Assembly: GCA_964627005.1 (NCBI GenBank)
Contig: CAZVHC010000002.1
Coordinates: 13,619 to 77,618 of the forward strand
Direction of reading: 5' to 3'
DNA length: 64,000 bases
Origin: an uncultured Desulfurococcaceae archaeon
GTDB lineage: Archaea; Thermoproteota; Thermoprotei_A; Sulfolobales; Desulfurococcaceae
Part shown: positions 50,409 to 59,447 of the stretch, piece after piece
Numbering within the stretch: position 1 is the first letter of the stretch
Layout of the letters: each line of letters opens with the position of its first letter
Notes under the pieces: model-generated
The model's database searches: none
Told to the model about the DNA's origin: nothing
The model's input: the letters and a program-made list of their open reading frames with translations, nothing else
Position numbers and translations under genes: made by a program

Positions 50409-53039
50409 TTATGTAGTCCTAGACCTTATATACCTTATGGTCTGTTCATAGAGTTTCTTCAAAAGCCTCTTCCTATCCTCCATAAGAACAACATCACTAT
50501 ACCCTTGAACAACAATATTATGAGCAAATGGACTAGGCACACTATTAGGACCTATAACCTCAATCCTTAAACTACCCTCATGAACCCATTTTAGAACCTT
50601 CTTAGCAGCATCAATATGCATATAGTCCTCAAGGATTTCACGATAAGTCTCTTTAAGAATAGGGAAACCAGGTATCTCCGATACAATCTTGAGTAACTCC
50701 TCAGCACTCAACTGCAACTTATGAACACTCCTCTCACGATCCCTGTAACGGCGGAGAAGCATAAATGATCTCTGTGCACAGTGCCGGAATCTCCTCTTAA
50801 GCATCTCAGTATGCCTAAGTACTCTATGGAGTATATCCTCTATATTATCCTCCCGGAGCATCATAAACAACTTACTCCATGGTGCACTAGGGTGTCCAGG
50901 TAATGTTAGCATGAACCCGTTATCGTTGATTGTTATCCGGACATTAACACCTAGTTCACGTCCAACAATGTAGGCGTATGCACGTGAGAGTGCAGCATTA
51001 ACTCTCCTACCAAATAGGCTGTGTACAATAACGTTCCTACGATCAATTTCATCATATACCTCGATCAGTATGAGTTTATCGGATGGTACGAGACCATTAG
51101 TGAAAAGGATTTGCTCAAGTATGTATTCATATATGCTCTCAGCAGCATGTCTCTCCAACAAATACTCACGGACAAGATAGTCTATAACCTCCTCCCTAGG
51201 AGATGAAACGATCATTTCAGCAACGATCCTACGGAAACGCCCAATCTCAAGGGCAGAATCAAACGCTAATGGGAGCATTTCACTAAACCAACTAGGCACA
51301 GTGGGGCGGGCACCATCAGCTGGACGTACATATACCTTAAACCCATGGCTTCGGAGATACTCGTAGACACGGCCGCCAAGGACGAATAGATCTCCTGGTG
51401 TAAGCCATTCGACAAACTCCTCCTCAAGATCACCTACATAACGTCCATCTACTGTGAATACATAGGCTTTACTCTCATCAGGTATAGTGCCTATGTTTAG
51501 GAAATAGATCATTCGTGAACCACGTTTACGGCCAAAAACACCTTCTTCCTCATCAAACCATATCTTTGAATAAACCCTCATATGCTCTAGGTAGTTGGAG
51601 TATCTACCGGATAGGTATCGGAGTACGTTAAGGTAGTCCTCATAGGATAGTGTATGGAATGTATAGCTTCTACGTATAAGCCTATAGGCTTCATCAACCC
51701 TCCACTTCCTCTCCAAAGCCATGCCTACAAGATGCTGTGCAAGTACATCAAGTGGGTTACGTGGTATCCTTACATGATCTATTTTCCTCTCCATAGCAGC
51801 CTTAGCTAATACAGTGCACTCGACGAGATCATCACGGTCAACAACGATCAGTCTACCCTTACTAACCTGCCTAATATGATGTCCTGCACGACCAACACGC
51901 TGTAGAAGCCTACTAACACTCTTAGGACTACTTAAGAGAACTACAAGGTCTATATAGCCAATATCGATCCCTAGTTCAAGACTTGTGGAGCTAACAATAA
52001 CTCTTAGCTCACCACGTTTAAGCTTCTCCTCAATCTCTAGCCTAAGATCACGGCTTAGACTGCTATGGTGAGCCTCAATCTCATCAATATCGACGATCCG
52101 TTCCTTCTCCATAATCTTCCGAAGCTTATAAACTACACGTTCTGTAGCACTACGTGTATTTGTGAATATTAGTGTTGTACGGTGCTCCTTGATCAACTCT
52201 ATAAGTTTCCTATATATAGCCTCATTGATCTCCTCAGCATCTGCATGGACAAGATCCTTTACCGGACACAATACACGTATATCATGGGGTTTTGTGAAAC
52301 GTGCATCAACTATAAAGCAGTCACGTGGCAAACCATCATCACGGTAGCCAACAAGGAATTTAGCAACTTCCTCCAACGGAGCTATTGTAGCACTTAAACC
52401 AATACGTAGAAGGGGTTTGCCAACAAGATTCTCAAGACGCTCAATACTAAGGCTTAAATGGCTTCCACGCTTACTACCAGCCATCTCATGGATCTCATCA
52501 ATAACGATCACCTTAGTAGACTTCAGTCTTTCACGGAAACGTGGTGCATTAAGAGCTATTGCCAAGCTCTCCGGAGTGGTGATCAGTATGTGTGGCGGGT
52601 CATGCAACATCTTCTGCTTCTCACTAGGACTTGTGTCACTTGTCCGGACAGCTACCTTAATCCTTGGCAACTCATAGCCCATTTCACGGGCTACACCGGT
52701 AATACCATTGATTGGTTCTTGGAGATTCCTTCTCATATCATTATTTAATGCTCTCAAAGGACTAACATAAACGATCTGTATACCCTCTGGGAGATCGCCT
52801 TTCTCTTCAGCATAACTATACAGGTTATCAAGTAATCCAAGGAATACAGCCAGTGTCTTACCAGTACCCGTAGGGGAGGAGATTAGAACATTATAGCCTT
52901 TCTTAATCAATGGGATGGCCATTCTCTGTGGAGGAGTGAATGAGCCAAACCGCCTCCTAAACCACTCACTAACATACGGTCTAAGCATACCATAGATTTC
53001 TTCATCCCTATACATCTTCTCAGCAAAAACTATAGGCAT
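50409..53039 (-). CDS. lhr: Lhr-like ATP-dependent DEAD/DEAH-box helicase (SF2) with a C-terminal DEAD-associated domain
   Basis: Walker A SSPTGTGKT, DEIH box VIVIDEIHE, LSAT, motif VI LQRVGRAGH. 876 aa. Confidence 0.9.
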   Translation of the reverse strand: MPIVFAEKMYRDEEIYGMLRPYVSEWFRRRFGSFTPPQRMAIPLIKKGYNVLISSPTGTGKTLAVFLGLLDNLYSYAEEKGDLPEGIQIVYVSPLRALNNDMRRNLQEPINGITGVAREMGYELPRIKVAVRTSDTSPSEKQKMLHDPPHILITTPESLAIALNAPRFRERLKSTKVIVIDEIHEMAGSKRGSHLSLSIERLENLVGKPLLRIGLSATIAPLEEVAKFLVGYRDDGLPRDCFIVDARFTKPHDIRVLCPVKDLVHADAEEINEAIYRKLIELIKEHRTTLIFTNTRSATERVVYKLRKIMEKERIVDIDEIEAHHSSLSRDLRLEIEEKLKRGELRVIVSSTSLELGIDIGYIDLVVLLSSPKSVSRLLQRVGRAGHHIRQVSKGRLIVVDRDDLVECTVLAKAAMERKIDHVRIPRNPLDVLAQHLVGMALERKWRVDEAYRLIRRSYTFHTLSYEDYLNVLRYLSGRYSNYLEHMRVYSKIWFDEEEGVFGRKRGSRMIYFLNIGTIPDESKAYVFTVDGRYVGDLEEEFVEWLTPGDLFVLGGRVYEYLRSHGFKVYVRPADGARPTVPSWFSEMLPLAFDSALEIGRFRRIVAEMIVSSPREEVIDYLVREYLLERHAAESIYEYILEQILFTNGLVPSDKLILIEVYDEIDRRNVIVHSLFGRRVNAALSRAYAYIVGRELGVNVRITINDNGFMLTLPGHPSAPWSKLFMMLREDNIEDILHRVLRHTEMLKRRFRHCAQRSFMLLRRYRDRERSVHKLQLSAEELLKIVSEIPGFPILKETYREILEDYMHIDAAKKVLKWVHEGSLRIEVIGPNSVPSPFAHNIVVQGYSDVVLMEDRKRLLKKLYEQTIRYIRSRTT

Positions 53040-53121
53040 ACCCCAGATACACCATATGATCTACAATACCCTATTCCATACCCTAAACCAGCTACCATAC
53101 TAACCAGTATACTATAAGAGG

Positions 53122-54552
53122 TTATTTAAACAGTAAATCCCGTCCCCACCTAATGAGGGAGTAGTAGTAGGCTAGTGAATAGAATAGTAGCCATCCACCC
53201 GTATATATAACCCCATGCAGGAGACCATAGATCCCAGATAGGGTTAGTATAGATAAATAGACTATCTCTGATGGAAACCTATGCGATGAAAACATAGACT
53301 CATGCCTACCCTTAGGAGTTCTCTTATAGATAAATGGTCTACGTAGCAAAGCCCTGATCATAGCCTTGGATATAGTTATAGATAACGACGTTGTAGCCGC
53401 AGCTACACGTCCAAGATTAACTACTGCACTATGGAAGCTCTTACCCCTCCTCAACTGGGAGTCAACATAGCTAGCACCATAAACAACCATTGAGGCAACC
53501 CATGGTAAACCAATAAACCAATATGTATAGAATGGGTCAAAACCAAGTAGAAGTGAAGCGATCGCAAGGAATACACCAATAAATGTCGTCAGTACCGGGA
53601 GATACTGGAGCAGGAACAAAAGGATCTCGATCTTTGAGTAGAAAGGCTGCCTAGACAATACAATATCCCAAAACCTAGACAAGGCAACATCAGTAGCTCC
53701 ATAAGCCCATCTCTCCTGCTGAATACGGAAACTCTTAAGCCTCCTAGGCACCTCAACACCAATAGATACAGAATCAATAAACCCTATACGGCCACCACTT
53801 CTAAGAATACGTGTACCGATCTCCATATCATCCTGGATCCTCTCCTCATCCCAGCCGCCAAGAACCTCTACTAGATACCTTCGGTCATAGAGTGTACCTG
53901 TGCCAACGGGCATGACTGGTAGTCCTAGTGATGCACGGCCACGATATATAGAGTCCACGACGTAGTCCATAGAGGTTGATATTGCCTCGGCTAGTCTAGT
54001 ATCCTTATTCAAGCCGCTCCACCTGCCAACAACTGCTACGTAGCCTTTCTTAATCATGTTGATGGCTCTATGGAAGTAATCCTCGGGTACACGGCTATCA
54101 ACATCCATTACATAGACGTATCTGCCCCTAGAAGCATATAGCCCAGTATTTAATGCACCGGTCCGGAATCCACGTGGTATACTCCTCCATATAAGGTATA
54201 CACGTAATCCCTTTCTCCTCCACTTCTCAACAATAGCCCTTATATCCTCTACCTCATCAAGGCTATCATCAGATACTATGATTACTTCAACACGATCACG
54301 TATACTCCATGAGAAAATATGTCTTAAACAATCATCTAGTATTTCCAGAGGTTCCTTCCTAACAGGGACTATGATCGAAATTAGATCGTCTATCTCGCTC
54401 TCCCCAACATTCTCACGATAGCTCCTACCCTTTAGATAGAATATTGCTTGAAGTAATAGGATTATAGTTGACGGTATAACGATCAATAGTAACCCTGTAA
54501 GACCAAGCACGGGTGCTAGGGCCCTCATGATCTCTAGTAATTGTCCATACAT
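53122..54552 (-). CDS. Membrane-embedded processive family-2 glycosyltransferase (cellulose/chitin/hyaluronan-synthase-like)
   Basis: IIVPVRKEP, IIVSDDS, YVMDVDS, GTGTLYDRR and the QxxRW motif RIQQERWAYG. One N-terminal and about 5 C-terminal TM segments. Confidence 0.8.
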   Translation of the reverse strand: MYGQLLEIMRALAPVLGLTGLLLIVIPSTIILLLQAIFYLKGRSYRENVGESEIDDLISIIVPVRKEPLEILDDCLRHIFSWSIRDRVEVIIVSDDSLDEVEDIRAIVEKWRRKGLRVYLIWRSIPRGFRTGALNTGLYASRGRYVYVMDVDSRVPEDYFHRAINMIKKGYVAVVGRWSGLNKDTRLAEAISTSMDYVVDSIYRGRASLGLPVMPVGTGTLYDRRYLVEVLGGWDEERIQDDMEIGTRILRSGGRIGFIDSVSIGVEVPRRLKSFRIQQERWAYGATDVALSRFWDIVLSRQPFYSKIEILLFLLQYLPVLTTFIGVFLAIASLLLGFDPFYTYWFIGLPWVASMVVYGASYVDSQLRRGKSFHSAVVNLGRVAAATTSLSITISKAMIRALLRRPFIYKRTPKGRHESMFSSHRFPSEIVYLSILTLSGIYGLLHGVIYTGGWLLFYSLAYYYSLIRWGRDLLFK

Positions 54553-54595
54553 ATTTTATCTCCATCACATACTATAATCACTAGGTGTAGCCTGC

Positions 54596-55975
54596 TTGGA
54601 GGATACAGTTAATAGAATAATAGAGTACGGGCTATATAAAGGAGTAGATTTCATTGATATTAGGATCGAGGACTATGTATTGAATAGTATTGAGCTTAGA
54701 GATGGGCTGGTACATAGCGCTTCTACAGACAATACCCTAGGTGCATCTATAAGGGTATTATATAAGGGATCACTAGGGTTTGCATCAACATCAAAAACAG
54801 ATCTTGATAGCTTGAGGAGAGCTGCTGATTCAGCATATAGATTCGCTAGATCAGTAGCTGGATCAGGTAAACCAGTTGATCTCTATAGAGTTAGTAGTAG
54901 ACATGATATTGTCAAATACCCAATGGATACTGATCCAAGGGATATTGATAATGGTGTTAAGATAAATGATCTAAAGGAAATACATAAAATGATAACTAGT
55001 GTGAGTAAACGGGTAAAGACAGTAACGATCAAGTATATGGATGTAGTGGGTAGGACAATCTATGCATCAAGTGAGGAGAGATACATAGAACAACATACAA
55101 GCTATACATGGCTATACCTATGGGTTACTGGTAGAGAAGCTGATGTAACAGCTTCTGCAAGACATGAACTAGGTACTCGTAGAGGCTACGTACTATATAA
55201 GAAGTACCCACCGCAGCAAATAGCAGAGATCATGGTTAGGAGGATCGAGAATCAGTTGAAAGCTAAAACACCAAGGGGAGGAGTATACCCAGTAGTCATG
55301 GCACCAGAGATAGTTGGTGTATTTACACATGAGGCTTTCGGGCATTTAGCCGAAGCCGATCTAACGGTGTCTGGGAGTGTATTGAGGGATAAAGTTGGTG
55401 AGAAGGTAGCATGCGAACTTGTGACAATAGTTGATGACCCAACAATACCGGATTCATTCGGTATGCTTAAGTATGACGATGAAGGGATTGAGGCATCACC
55501 AGTGGTTATTGTTGAGAATGGGGTTCTAAAGCAATTGATGACAGATAGACTATATGCTAAACTACTTGGGGTCAAGCCAACCGGTAATGCTAGAGCTGAA
55601 GACTACAACGTGCCTCCAATGATCCGGATGAGGACAACATATATCAAACCAGGTGATATGAGTAGAGAGGAGCTTTTCGAGGGTATAAAGTTTGGGTACT
55701 ACATTGTTGGATTCCGTGGTGGACAAGCAAATCTTGATGGTACATTTCAGGTTGGCGTTCAAGAAGCATATGAGATCGTTAATGGAGAAATAGGTGAACC
55801 CGTACGTAACATGAGTATTAGTGGTAATACACTTGATACACTTAAACATGTTACTGGTGTTGGAAAGGATTTCGAGATAGGTTATGGAAGGTGTGGTAAG
55901 GGGCAGACTGTATTTGTATCTGATGGAGGACCCCATGTAAGAGTTGAAAAGATCCTTGTGGGCGGTAGTCTATGA
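54596..55975 (+). CDS. tldD: TldD-family metalloprotease
   Basis: HEAFGHLAEAD (HExxxH-type) motif. 459 aa. 4-nt overlap with the downstream paralogue. Confidence 0.85.
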   Translation: MEDTVNRIIEYGLYKGVDFIDIRIEDYVLNSIELRDGLVHSASTDNTLGASIRVLYKGSLGFASTSKTDLDSLRRAADSAYRFARSVAGSGKPVDLYRVSSRHDIVKYPMDTDPRDIDNGVKINDLKEIHKMITSVSKRVKTVTIKYMDVVGRTIYASSEERYIEQHTSYTWLYLWVTGREADVTASARHELGTRRGYVLYKKYPPQQIAEIMVRRIENQLKAKTPRGGVYPVVMAPEIVGVFTHEAFGHLAEADLTVSGSVLRDKVGEKVACELVTIVDDPTIPDSFGMLKYDDEGIEASPVVIVENGVLKQLMTDRLYAKLLGVKPTGNARAEDYNVPPMIRMRTTYIKPGDMSREELFEGIKFGYYIVGFRGGQANLDGTFQVGVQEAYEIVNGEIGEPVRNMSISGNTLDTLKHVTGVGKDFEIGYGRCGKGQTVFVSDGGPHVRVEKILVGGSL

Positions 55976-57321
55976 GTCTAGATAGACTAAACCTATACGA
56001 TATAATCTTACTTACACTGAGGAAGGCAATAGATCTTGGTGCTGATGAAGCTGAAGTATATGCTATGCGTACAAGGGATCTTGGTGCAACCATAAATAAT
56101 AACATGATAACTAGTACTGAAGCACATTATGGGATCGGTGTTGGGATTAGAGTAGTAGTTGGTAAAAGGATCGGTTATGCGTCAACCAATAAGTTATCCA
56201 TGGAATCTATTGAGAAGACAATAATGGCTGCATTAAGTATAGCACGTACATCAGAAGAAGATCCATACTGGAATGGATTCCCTACACCCATGGATTATAG
56301 AGTACCTGAGAACATATATAGTCTAGACCTAGCACGTATTTCTGAAGATGTGGTTGGTGAGAAGGCTAAACACATGCTCGATCTAGTAACTAGTGATGAG
56401 AGGTTAACTATAGTCTATGGATCGGTTTCTGTATCATCGGGATCTATAGCTATCGGTAATACTAATGGTGTAGTGAATATACAGCATCTAACAAACTCTA
56501 TAGCATACGTGAGTGTAGTAGCTAATGAACCAGGTGATACTACACCAATAATTGATGACTTTGCATTCTCAAGGATAAGTCCACCAGCTATAGAGCCACT
56601 AGTAGATAAGGTTAAAGAATATGCTATAGCAAGTCTCCATCCAGTAAAGATAGTCTCCATGAAAGCACCAGTAATACTACACCCACTTGCCGTAAACTCG
56701 TTACTCAAGTACACATTACTTGATGCATTGAGGGGAGATAATGTTGTACGTGGTAAAAGCTACCTAGCTGGGAAAAAGGGTCAGCAGGTATTCTCTGAAA
56801 AACTAACAATTAGAGATGATGGACTACTAAAGAATGGATTATATACAAGGATCTTTGATGACGAGGGAGTAGCTATGCAGAATACATTGCTCATAGAAAA
56901 GGGTGTAGTAAAGAACTATCTATTCGATAACTATTGGGGTATAAGATATGGTGTAGAAAGCACTGGAAACGGGTTTAGAGGAGGCTATAAGGGATTACCA
57001 GTAGTAGCTCCAACAAACATAGTAATTGAACCAGGTGATGCAATGCTTGACGAAATGATCATGGAGACAAGGAGAGGGCTACTAGTATATGATTTACAGG
57101 GAGCACACAGTAGTAATCCAGAGACTGGAGAATATAGTGTTGTAGCAACACCTGCCTGGCTTATAGAGAATGGTGAGTTGAAGCCGGTACGTGGTGTAAT
57201 GTTGTCAGGCAATATATACAGTGATCTAGCTAGGGTAGAACTTATTAGTAAAGAGACTATGCAGAAAGGCTATATAGTATCACCATATATAAGGCTTGAA
57301 GACATAAATATAGTTGTGTGA
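55972..57321 (+). CDS. pmbA: PmbA/TldE-family protein (TldD partner)
   Basis: Paralogous fold lacking the HExxxH motif, with a typical C-terminal GEYSV...G.NGE...PV region. Confidence 0.85.
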   Translation: MSLDRLNLYDIILLTLRKAIDLGADEAEVYAMRTRDLGATINNNMITSTEAHYGIGVGIRVVVGKRIGYASTNKLSMESIEKTIMAALSIARTSEEDPYWNGFPTPMDYRVPENIYSLDLARISEDVVGEKAKHMLDLVTSDERLTIVYGSVSVSSGSIAIGNTNGVVNIQHLTNSIAYVSVVANEPGDTTPIIDDFAFSRISPPAIEPLVDKVKEYAIASLHPVKIVSMKAPVILHPLAVNSLLKYTLLDALRGDNVVRGKSYLAGKKGQQVFSEKLTIRDDGLLKNGLYTRIFDDEGVAMQNTLLIEKGVVKNYLFDNYWGIRYGVESTGNGFRGGYKGLPVVAPTNIVIEPGDAMLDEMIMETRRGLLVYDLQGAHSSNPETGEYSVVATPAWLIENGELKPVRGVMLSGNIYSDLARVELISKETMQKGYIVSPYIRLEDINIVV

Positions 57322-57332
57322 AGTGATGGGGT

Positions 57333-57989
57333 ATGCTACGGATTAAATGGTTTGGCCACGCATTCTTTACCATAACATTATCTAACGGTTATACAATAGC
57401 TATTGATCCACATGATGGGCTTAGTATTGGTTTGAAAAGACCTAGTGTAGAAGCTGACCTCATACTTGTAACACATGATCATTTCGACCATAATGCTGTT
57501 GATGTAGCCCGTAAGAATGGGACAAGGATATTTAAGAGCTTCTATGGCGAGACAGAGATCGATAATATTAGGATAAAGGGATATAGGACATTCCATGACA
57601 AGGTGGGTGGTAGGCGTAGGGGTGAGAATACAGTCTATAAGATAGTTGCTGAAGGTATTAGCATAGCCCACATGGGTGATCTGGGGCATATTATAGGGGA
57701 TGAACTAGTTAATGAGCTTAAGAACATTGATGTACTAATGATACCTGTTGGAGGAGTGTATACCATAGGCCCTGATGAGGCATGGGAGATAGTATCAATG
57801 ATCCAGCCAAGGATTACGATACCTATGCATTACTGGATCAAGGGTTTAACCTTACCCCTACATAGAATTGATGATTTCCTAGCCTATGTTAAAAAGGTAA
57901 GGGTTGAGAGACTTGAGACTAATACGTTAGAGATAGATGCTGAAACCCTACCTAGTGAGAGAGTAGTAGCTATACTAAAACCTCCCTAG
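57333..57989 (+). CDS. UPF0173-type metallo-beta-lactamase-fold hydrolase
   Basis: IKWFGHAFFTI...IAIDP and VTHDHFDHN. Confidence 0.8.
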   Translation: MLRIKWFGHAFFTITLSNGYTIAIDPHDGLSIGLKRPSVEADLILVTHDHFDHNAVDVARKNGTRIFKSFYGETEIDNIRIKGYRTFHDKVGGRRRGENTVYKIVAEGISIAHMGDLGHIIGDELVNELKNIDVLMIPVGGVYTIGPDEAWEIVSMIQPRITIPMHYWIKGLTLPLHRIDDFLAYVKKVRVERLETNTLEIDAETLPSERVVAILKPP

Positions 57990-58003
57990 GCTATATATAG
58001 TTT

Positions 58004-58789
58004 CTAGCTTACATAAAATATTGTTTTTTCCATAAGAGTTTGATCAATACTATTTCCATAGTCATCAACGCCACTAACTATTACAACAATATCCACATAG
58101 CCCTTTAAACCACCACTATAGCTAATCTGGTATACGAAAATAGTTTTCTCACCACTATCCAATGTGGTTGTATTAGGGAAGTATGAGGTTATTGTAAAGT
58201 AGCTTGTTATATTATCTCCTGTTGTATGGTTATAGAAGTATATCTTAACCGTTTTAGGATCCATTGTAATTGTTGAAGGTATATTATTCTCAACTATTAT
58301 CCTAAGTTTAAAGCTTACACTAGAATTTATATACTCTCTATTAACAAGTGCAGTAAGAGTATATGGCTTATAGGCTGTAGCAAATAAGTCAAATACATTT
58401 CCACGATAAGTTAGTATCTTAATACTTGATACATTACCGAAGGACTTGTTAAGATTAAGTACATATGTATAGACTTCACCTACAGGAATAGCTAAATTGT
58501 TCATACTAATCTTCTGTACAGAGAGATCATTATAGGTAATGATGATATATGATAGAATAATATCTATATCGCCAAGATTAGTCATGGTAACCTTTACATG
58601 ATAGTCATCAAGCAGTATATAACTAACACCAAGTTTCTCACGAGCCCTCTCAGCAATTTCAGCCATAGTATTCATTGCGTCAGTACTAAGCTTGGCCTGT
58701 CTCAAAGTAAGTGATATGAGGAATGCTACACTAGTAAATATCATGCTAACGGTTATTATTGCTGCAATATAGTTACTAATACCCTTCAC
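58004..58789 (-). CDS. Archaeal type IV pilin-like / FlaF-FlaG-like protein (class III signal-peptide-like N-terminus)
   Basis: MKGIS/NYIAAIITVSMIFTSVAFLI N-terminus, then a beta-rich domain with many N-x-S/T sequons. Confidence 0.5.
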   Translation of the reverse strand: MKGISNYIAAIITVSMIFTSVAFLISLTLRQAKLSTDAMNTMAEIAERAREKLGVSYILLDDYHVKVTMTNLGDIDIILSYIIITYNDLSVQKISMNNLAIPVGEVYTYVLNLNKSFGNVSSIKILTYRGNVFDLFATAYKPYTLTALVNREYINSSVSFKLRIIVENNIPSTITMDPKTVKIYFYNHTTGDNITSYFTITSYFPNTTTLDSGEKTIFVYQISYSGGLKGYVDIVVIVSGVDDYGNSIDQTLMEKTIFYVS

Positions 58790-58795
58790 AATCCA

Positions 58796-59305
58796 TCACC
58801 CTGGAATAACTGTTCTAGCATAGAACTCATACCTCCTCCCGGAATCGGTGAACATAGCAATCTTTACAAGTATTCTGGGAGGATAGGTAATCCTATCACC
58901 AGGCTCTAGATCATCGCCTGTCCTATTAATATTTACCATAACCTCTACAAGATCTCTCCTAGGAAGTACGTTGGGGACTATATCATCTCCGTGAAAGATC
59001 CTTGTTTTAATAACTGATCCATTAACAATAACTGGTACAATAAGTTGTTCTATAGTAATATTTTCATTACCATAGTTATATATTATTATCGTCAGGTTAT
59101 TCGTTGTGACATCAATATATGCATCAATAATGTCTATCTTCTCAGCAATCCTAGAACTAGCGACTCTAGTAGCTTCAGAAATACCTGATTGTGCAGTTGA
59201 GATCCTGAGCATGTATCCACGGTAGATTAGATACCCAGTTATGAGTGTAATACTTATCAGTATCAACATCGTTATTGATTCACTAATAGCCTTTAACCTT
59301 GTCAA
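58796..59305 (-). CDS. Archaellum FlaG/FlaF-like protein (class III signal-peptide-like N-terminus)
   Basis: LKAIS/ESITMLILISITLITGYLIY N-terminus. IIIYNYGNENITIEQLIVPVIVNG resembles the N.G...I......V.VDG pattern of FlaF/FlaG. Confidence 0.5.
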   Translation of the reverse strand: MTRLKAISESITMLILISITLITGYLIYRGYMLRISTAQSGISEATRVASSRIAEKIDIIDAYIDVTTNNLTIIIYNYGNENITIEQLIVPVIVNGSVIKTRIFHGDDIVPNVLPRRDLVEVMVNINRTGDDLEPGDRITYPPRILVKIAMFTDSGRRYEFYARTVIPG

Positions 59306-59447
59306 ACCACCTATACCTCCATGTTTAAGTATGCTTCTTATACATTATATATGTTCTACATAATAGCAATATATACTTCCTTCTGAGAAAAAGTAATAGT
59401 GCAGTATAAACTATAAAAGTACCTGGATACCGCTAGGGTGTATTATT

